From IMG/VR virus record IMGVR_UViG_2061766007_000756: 64,000 bases of DNA, one strand, 5' to 3'. Under the pieces are notes generated by a model. The model was not told the DNA's origin, searched no databases, and was given only the letters and a program-made list of their open reading frames with translations. Below are positions 59,606 through 64,000 of this stretch, piece by piece; positions within the stretch are counted from its first letter, which is position 1, and each line of letters opens with the position of its first letter. Made by a program: the position numbers and the translations under genes. Origin of the DNA: an uncultured virus (IMG/VR IMGVR_UViG_2061766007_000756). Lineage: Duplodnaviria > Heunggongvirae > Uroviricota > Caudoviricetes.

Positions 59606-60302
59606 TACAACTGGTACTTTTAATTATTATAATACAAATGGTGGAACTGCTTATTAGATGGGTTGGAAAATTACTTTAACTGAAGGTAATATTGATTATG
59701 TAAATAATCAATCAAGAGTATATTATTATTTTGGAGTAAAAAATAATACTACAGCAACATCTTGGCGCGCCGCAAGAAGTAATTGGTTTGCTGCTGGTTT
59801 TGATACTGATGCAACTTATGATGATGAGTATAATTATAGATATAATTCATCTGGTACTCTTTATAATACAGATTGGAAAGATGGTTATTATTACAATTCT
59901 GCTCATAATAGATATGTTGCTGCTTGGTGCAATTCCTCTTCTTATCAACCATTAAAAGCTGGAACTGGAGGAATAGATAGCTTCTCTGCTACATATAGTA
60001 TGGATGGAGGAGCAAATTCATATCGTACATTTACTCATGCTGCTGATGGAAGTGCTTCAGCTAAGTTTGGTGTTATTTGGGCTAGACGCCCAGCCAGTGG
60101 ATGGAGTGGATTGGTTGGACAATTTACTAAACAAACTCTTGTATCTAATGTATTAACATTAACAAATACAAGAGCTGTAGTAAAAATATATAATGGTTCA
60201 TCATGGGTTAATGCAATACCTTTTGTTTATAATGGTTCAGCTTGGTAGCAAGCAATTCCATATATATATAATGGTTCTACTTGGGTTCAATGTAGAGGAT
60301 AA
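59598..60302 (+). CDS. Minor structural protein; TAG=Gln at 59655, 60246
   Basis: AAAGGAG RBS, H.ADG, C-terminal YNGS.W repeats spanning the TAG. Confidence 0.7.
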
Positions 60303-60350
60303 AAAAATAAGGGGGACACCTTTTTACAGGTGTCCCCCATTTTTTTATTT
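60301..60350. terminator. Bidirectional terminator
   Basis: A tract, GGGGACACC/GGTGTCCCC stem, T tract between convergent genes. Confidence 0.85.
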
Positions 60351-60948
60351 TACTGAATACAAGCATAACGCTCGGTATTCAGCTTCTCCATCATAAGGTC
60401 ATATCCAGTCTTGCCAGACATAATTGTTTCAAAGATGGAAGGTGAGAAGCCAGAGACGAAACTTACACGTCCATTTCCAAGCATTGGAATGTTATTTTGA
60501 CGAGCATCAACATTCCAGAAGATTAGATGAGGAAGCTCCAGTCCGTACTGAGCCCACTTGCGTGCGACTCCTTCCAGGACGGTCTCAATGTTACGGCTAT
60601 TGACATTGGAGCGAGACCAATATCCACCTACTGCACTATCAAATTCCATATCGGAAATGATAATTACGTTCTTAGGAATATCACTTTCCTTCACTCCAGG
60701 ACGCTTTGCAACGTTAAGCATAAGGTCAAATACAGCCTCAATATTGGTGTTATCCACCAGGTTGGTTCTGTAAATGCGGTTGACCTTATCAACAAAATCC
60801 ACACCATCAGTGCGAATCATCTGAGGACGAGACGCAAAGCTGATGTAGTAATTTGCGAAAGGACCGCTGTTGTGCTCAGCGCAATATAGACCAAGAGAAA
60901 TTGCCACATTGATAGGGGCGGAAGCCTGGCTACCAGTCATAGAACCAG
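60350..60948 (-). CDS. DUF2828-type protein, vWA C-terminal part
   Basis: ISLGLY, NTNIEAVF, IISDMEFD, LIFWNV, VSGFSP. Confidence 0.8.
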
Positions 60949-61384
60949 NNNNNNNNNNNNNNNNNNNNNNNNNNNNNNNNNNNNNNNNNNNNNNNNNNNN
61001 NNNNNNNNNNNNNNNNNNNNNNNNNNNNNNNNNNNNNNNNNNNNNNNNNNNNNNNNNNNNNNNNNNNNNNNNNNNNNNNNNNNNNNNNNNNNNNNNNNNN
61101 NNNNNNNNNNNNNNNNNNNNNNNNNNNNNNNNNNNNNNNNNNNNNNNNNNNNNNNNNNNNNNNNNNNNNNNNNNNNNNNNNNNNNNNNNNNNNNNNNNNN
61201 NNNNNNNNNNNNNNNNNNNNNNNNNNNNNNNNNNNNNNNNNNNNNNNNNNNNNNNNNNNNNNNNNNNNNNNNNNNNNNNNNNNNNNNNNNNNNNNNNNNN
61301 NNNNNNNNNNNNNNNNNNNNNNNNNNNNNNNNNNNNNNNNNNNNNNNNNNNNNNNNNNNNNNNNNNNNNNNNNNNNNNNNNNNN

Positions 61385-61839
61385 TTTTGATATATTTGTC
61401 TTAATGGATAAGTATTTTTTTCGTCTTTATAAACCTATCCACTATTAATACGCGATACTGTACTAATGCTTACATTATATTTATTTGCAATATCTTTTAA
61501 TGACAAATTAGTTGTAATTAAATCTTTTTGAATATTTTCTATATCTATTTTATTGGTTCTATATAATGTGTGAATAGTTGTATTATTTTCTACAATATNN
61601 NNNNNNNNNNNNNNNNNNNNNNNNNAATAATTTTCTTTTGCATCTAATTCTTTTTTTTGACATTCTTCAATAATTTCAAAATTAAATGCTTCTTTACCCA
61701 ATTCATTAATTGCTTGGTCTATTTTTTGAGAATTAGAGCTTTTTTTTATATGCTCTTGAAATCTTCTTTTAATATGTACAGACTAGCCTATATAGACCAT
61801 GCCATTAATTTTATTAGTTATTTTATAAATACCAATCAT
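61385..61839 (-). CDS. GIY-YIG endonuclease with HTH; TAG=Gln at 61785, 61437
   Basis: MIGIYKITNKINGMVYIG(TAG)SVHIKRRFQEH...FEIIEEC; IANKYNVSISTVSRIN. Confidence 0.85.
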
Positions 61840-61944
61840 ATAAATAATCCTCCTTTATTTTCTAATATATTTGAAAATTAAAATAGGATTATTATAAAAA
61901 TTGAACCAAAGATTAAAAAATTTTTTCATCAGTTCAATTTTTAT

Positions 61945-61970
61945 CGCCTTAACCACTTGGCTATCACGCC
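61945..61970 (-). pseudogene. 5' half of a tRNA (tRNA-Cys-like)
   Basis: GGCGTGA-TA-GCCAAGTGGTTAAGGC-G acceptor strand plus D arm, no anticodon or T arm. Confidence 0.6.
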
Positions 61971-62441
61971 TTAATGTCTAAATTCTTCTGTTATATATCC
62001 ATTATCTCTAAACCATTCTTGAATAATTCGACGCTCAGAGCATGGATTATCGGTAGCTTCATGCACTATTAAAACAACTATTGGTTCTTCAGTAAAGCCT
62101 TCTTTTTCTTGCACAGCTTTACCAATAGTATAAATACGCTTGATAATTTCTTTAAAATCAAGCATATCTAATTGTTTACGATATGCTCTTAAAAACTGAC
62201 AGAATTGCGGGTCCCCGTTATTACAGTACTCAGGGCCGCGACACAGTCCCTCACAAAGCGGGCCCGGCGCAAACGGCTCAGCACGCAAACCATTCCAAAC
62301 TCCATTTTTATCTTTCCACTGAACCCTCTGGTCTCCAGTGTTCTGGTGAAACCATTTCGGATCCCAGATCGCTGTCGACAAAGGTATCATATTAGGTGTA
62401 AAGAACCTGATTTGATAAAAATATGAAGTCATGATTCGCAT
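61971..62441 (-). CDS. Hypothetical protein, possibly DUF488-related
   Basis: TSYFYQIR, P.W, Y..QL, VHE...NPCSER. Confidence 0.6.
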   Translation of the reverse strand: MRIMTSYFYQIRFFTPNMIPLSTAIWDPKWFHQNTGDQRVQWKDKNGVWNGLRAEPFAPGPLCEGLCRGPEYCNNGDPQFCQFLRAYRKQLDMLDFKEIIKRIYTIGKAVQEKEGFTEEPIVVLIVHEATDNPCSERRIIQEWFRDNGYITEEFRH

Positions 62442-62596
62442 CGTTTAATCTCCGCTTGTAGAAGGTGATAAACAGCCTCAGCCAATCCATGAATTACACG
62501 ATCTTGCCAGATGTCTTCTCTATTGGCTGTTCTAATCAGGCATTCTTCTACATTTTCTAAATCTTGAATTAAAGTTTCTTTCTTTGGTGATGCCAT
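62429..62596 (-). CDS. Small hypothetical protein
   Basis: MASPKKETLIQDL...RCES, AAAGGA RBS. Confidence 0.5.
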   Translation of the reverse strand: MASPKKETLIQDLENVEECLIRTANREDIWQDRVIHGLAEAVYHLLQAEIKRCES

Positions 62597-62740
62597 AACT
62601 CACATCAATCCTTTCTTTAATTGTGTACTCATGAGGGGCATACCACTTTCCACTTGAGGTCCATATTCATTTATATACCGCGCCAAAACCTCCTTTGTGG
62701 TTCAACTGCCATTGTGCCCACGGCCATCCGCGCGGTTTAA

Positions 62741-62814
62741 TACTCCCCCTGGGACTCGAACCCAGGACCTACGGTTTATAAGACCGGCGCTCTTACCTAC
62801 TGAGCTAGGGGAGC
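62741..62814 (-). tRNA. tRNA-Ile(UAU)
   Basis: Cloverleaf, loop CT-TAT-AA, TTCGAGT T loop, A73. Confidence 0.85.
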
Positions 62815-62817
62815 ATA

Positions 62818-62890
62818 TGCGCCCATCGGGACTTGAACCCGAGACTCCGAAATTAAAAGTTTCGTACTCTACCAACTGAGTTATGGGCGC
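62818..62890 (-). tRNA. tRNA-Lys(UUU)
   Basis: GCGCCCA/TGGGCGC acceptor, loop CT-TTT-AA, TTCAAGT. Confidence 0.92.
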
Positions 62891-62902
62891 TGATAAAAAA
62901 AT

Positions 62903-62958
62903 TGGGCATAACTGATAATCAAGAAAGAGAGGGGTTAAAACGATTACCAATTATGCCC
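62903..62958 (-). ncRNA. Candidate hairpin RNA with pyrimidine-rich loop
   Basis: 17-bp stem fully paired only on minus strand (2 G-U). Confidence 0.4.
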
Positions 62959-62977
62959 GAACAGAAAGGAAACATAC

Positions 62978-63037
62978 CAAGACTCCTATTTTTAATTATC
63001 CAAAATGTATTAAAAATAAATAGCTGTACAAGTCTTG
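62978..63037 (-). ncRNA. Candidate bulged-hairpin RNA
   Basis: CAAGACU/AGUCUUG stem, 12-nt ACAGC bulge, 10-bp upper stem. Confidence 0.45.
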
Positions 63038-63038
63038 A

Positions 63039-63109
63039 AGCATCAAACGGGGATCGAACCCGTACCTAAACCTTGGAGGGGTCTCACGCTACCATTACGC
63101 CACTGATGC
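63039..63109 (-). tRNA. tRNA-Gly(UCC), C at position 33
   Basis: GCATCAG/TTGATGC, U73, loop CC-TCC-AA, TTCGATC. Confidence 0.8.
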
Positions 63110-63197
63110 GAGATTAGGGTTTCTTTATTCGTTGCCACCCTAAAACAATCGAGGGGAAAACAGATAAGGGAAAACAGAATTCTTTCCTTACATATAT

Positions 63198-63226
63198 ATT
63201 ATAACAAAATTTTTAAAAGTTGTCAA
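63198..63226 (-). promoter_or_regulatory. sigmaA promoter of the tRNA transcript
   Basis: TTGACA-17-TATAAT with extended TG. Confidence 0.85.
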
Positions 63227-63233
63227 GGAATCG

Positions 63234-63281
63234 TGCGGGTAGCCGGACTCGAACCGGCACGGGTCGAACCCGAGGGATTTT
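63234..63281 (-). tRNA. tRNA-Leu (probably UAA) 3' exon
   Basis: AAAA-TCCCT, variable arm CGGG-TTCGA-CCCG, GCCGG-TTCGAGT-CCGGC, acceptor strand and A73. Confidence 0.85.
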
Positions 63282-64000
63282 CTTACTACTCTATGTTACC
63301 ATAGCCACATTTCTGTGTTGTAGTCTGGACTATGTCTTCACCATATCTGATGACTTAGGTGGTTGGTGTATAGTCTCTACACTCAAATTTAAGGGCTTTA
63401 TTACGGCCTCTATATGTTTCTGTTAAAGCATGACAGTTGGGGCATAAATATCGAAGATTCTCTATTCGATTATCTGTATTTTCGCCATTAATATGGTCTA
63501 CTTCTAAAGCGATTATACCATTTTGCCAATGACCATCACATCCGCAAGTTTGACATTTATATTCAAGCAATTTGTGTCGTTCAATATATCCTCTCAAAAC
63601 CTTTTGAGTAACTGGACTATTTTGAATAAATACTTGTTCTAAAGTATATAATTCTCTTGATGGATTATTGTCTTGTTGATTTGGACTATCTTGCCATCTT
63701 TGTCCTGTAAAATGAGATATATCAATTCCAAATTCTTCAATTTTTTTTCTTAAAGTAGCTTGACTTCCGCCACCTTGCTTGCGGCCAGCTTTTCTTAATA
63801 CTTCTGCATAAGAATAGCTGCTTTTACATAATTCATTTAGCCATTCTTTATCATATTGACGCATAAACATGACCTCCTTATTTTCTACTTTATTTGAAAA
63901 TTAAGTCTGCCATTTTAATAGCGTCTGCCCAAAAATTTTAGCTCGGCGTTATCTCAGTAAGACTTTCACCGAATTAGCCAACATTCACATCAGAAGTTTC
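63282..64000 (-). mobile_element. Group I intron in tRNA-Leu anticodon (5' end beyond window)
   Basis: P AATTCGGTGAAA (63964-75), Q AACGCCGAGC (63941-50), R GTAGAGACTATA (63369-80), S AAGACATAGTCC (63327-38), terminal G 63282. Confidence 0.88.
63355..63870 (-). CDS. Intron-encoded HNH homing endonuclease
   Basis: CQTCG, LEVDHING...DNRIENLRYLCPNCH; AAGGAGG RBS. Confidence 0.9.
   Translation of the reverse strand: MFMRQYDKEWLNELCKSSYSYAEVLRKAGRKQGGGSQATLRKKIEEFGIDISHFTGQRWQDSPNQQDNNPSRELYTLEQVFIQNSPVTQKVLRGYIERHKLLEYKCQTCGCDGHWQNGIIALEVDHINGENTDNRIENLRYLCPNCHALTETYRGRNKALKFECRDYTPTT

Noticed and set aside
62697..62950. ORFs over tRNAs and many antisense ORFs in the track
   Set aside because: Shadows of tRNAs or real genes, with no RBS or motifs
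1..64000. CRISPR array, integrase, suppressor tRNA, release factor
   Set aside because: None recognised in visible sequence; gaps and window edge limit this

Overview
Gappy metagenomic scaffold (many N runs, several inverted or duplicated contigs) from a large, AT-rich tailed phage, most likely infecting an anaerobic Firmicute (sigmaA-type promoters, AGGAGG RBSs, class III RNR, SH3b endolysins). It contains an RpoD-like sigma factor, an RNA end-healing/ligation cluster, a PIN-PhoH plus lysis operon, a near-complete bacterial-type replication module (GyrB/A, RNase H, LigA, ThyX-like, SSB, AAA ATPase, DnaB, primase, RecJ, RecD2-like helicase, DnaE, guanylate kinase, NrdD/G, dUTPase, RuvC-like), tail-fibre genes, a DUF2828/vWA protein and the edge of a tRNA cluster. 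The phage reads TAG as Gln (code 15). In-frame TAGs occur in nuclease, lysis and tail genes but not in the sequenced parts of core replication genes. Other highlights: a tRNA-Leu split by a group I intron carrying an HNH gene; a half tRNA next to a GIY-YIG gene whose RBS sits in a hairpin; a second, non-sigmaA upstream motif (GGnCA-N~25-TTTT-A/T) at six loci; tandem NrdR boxes; an over-represented GGCCGCAC octamer; and structured non-tRNA hairpins in the tRNA transcript. All calls are by eye; no database searches were run.
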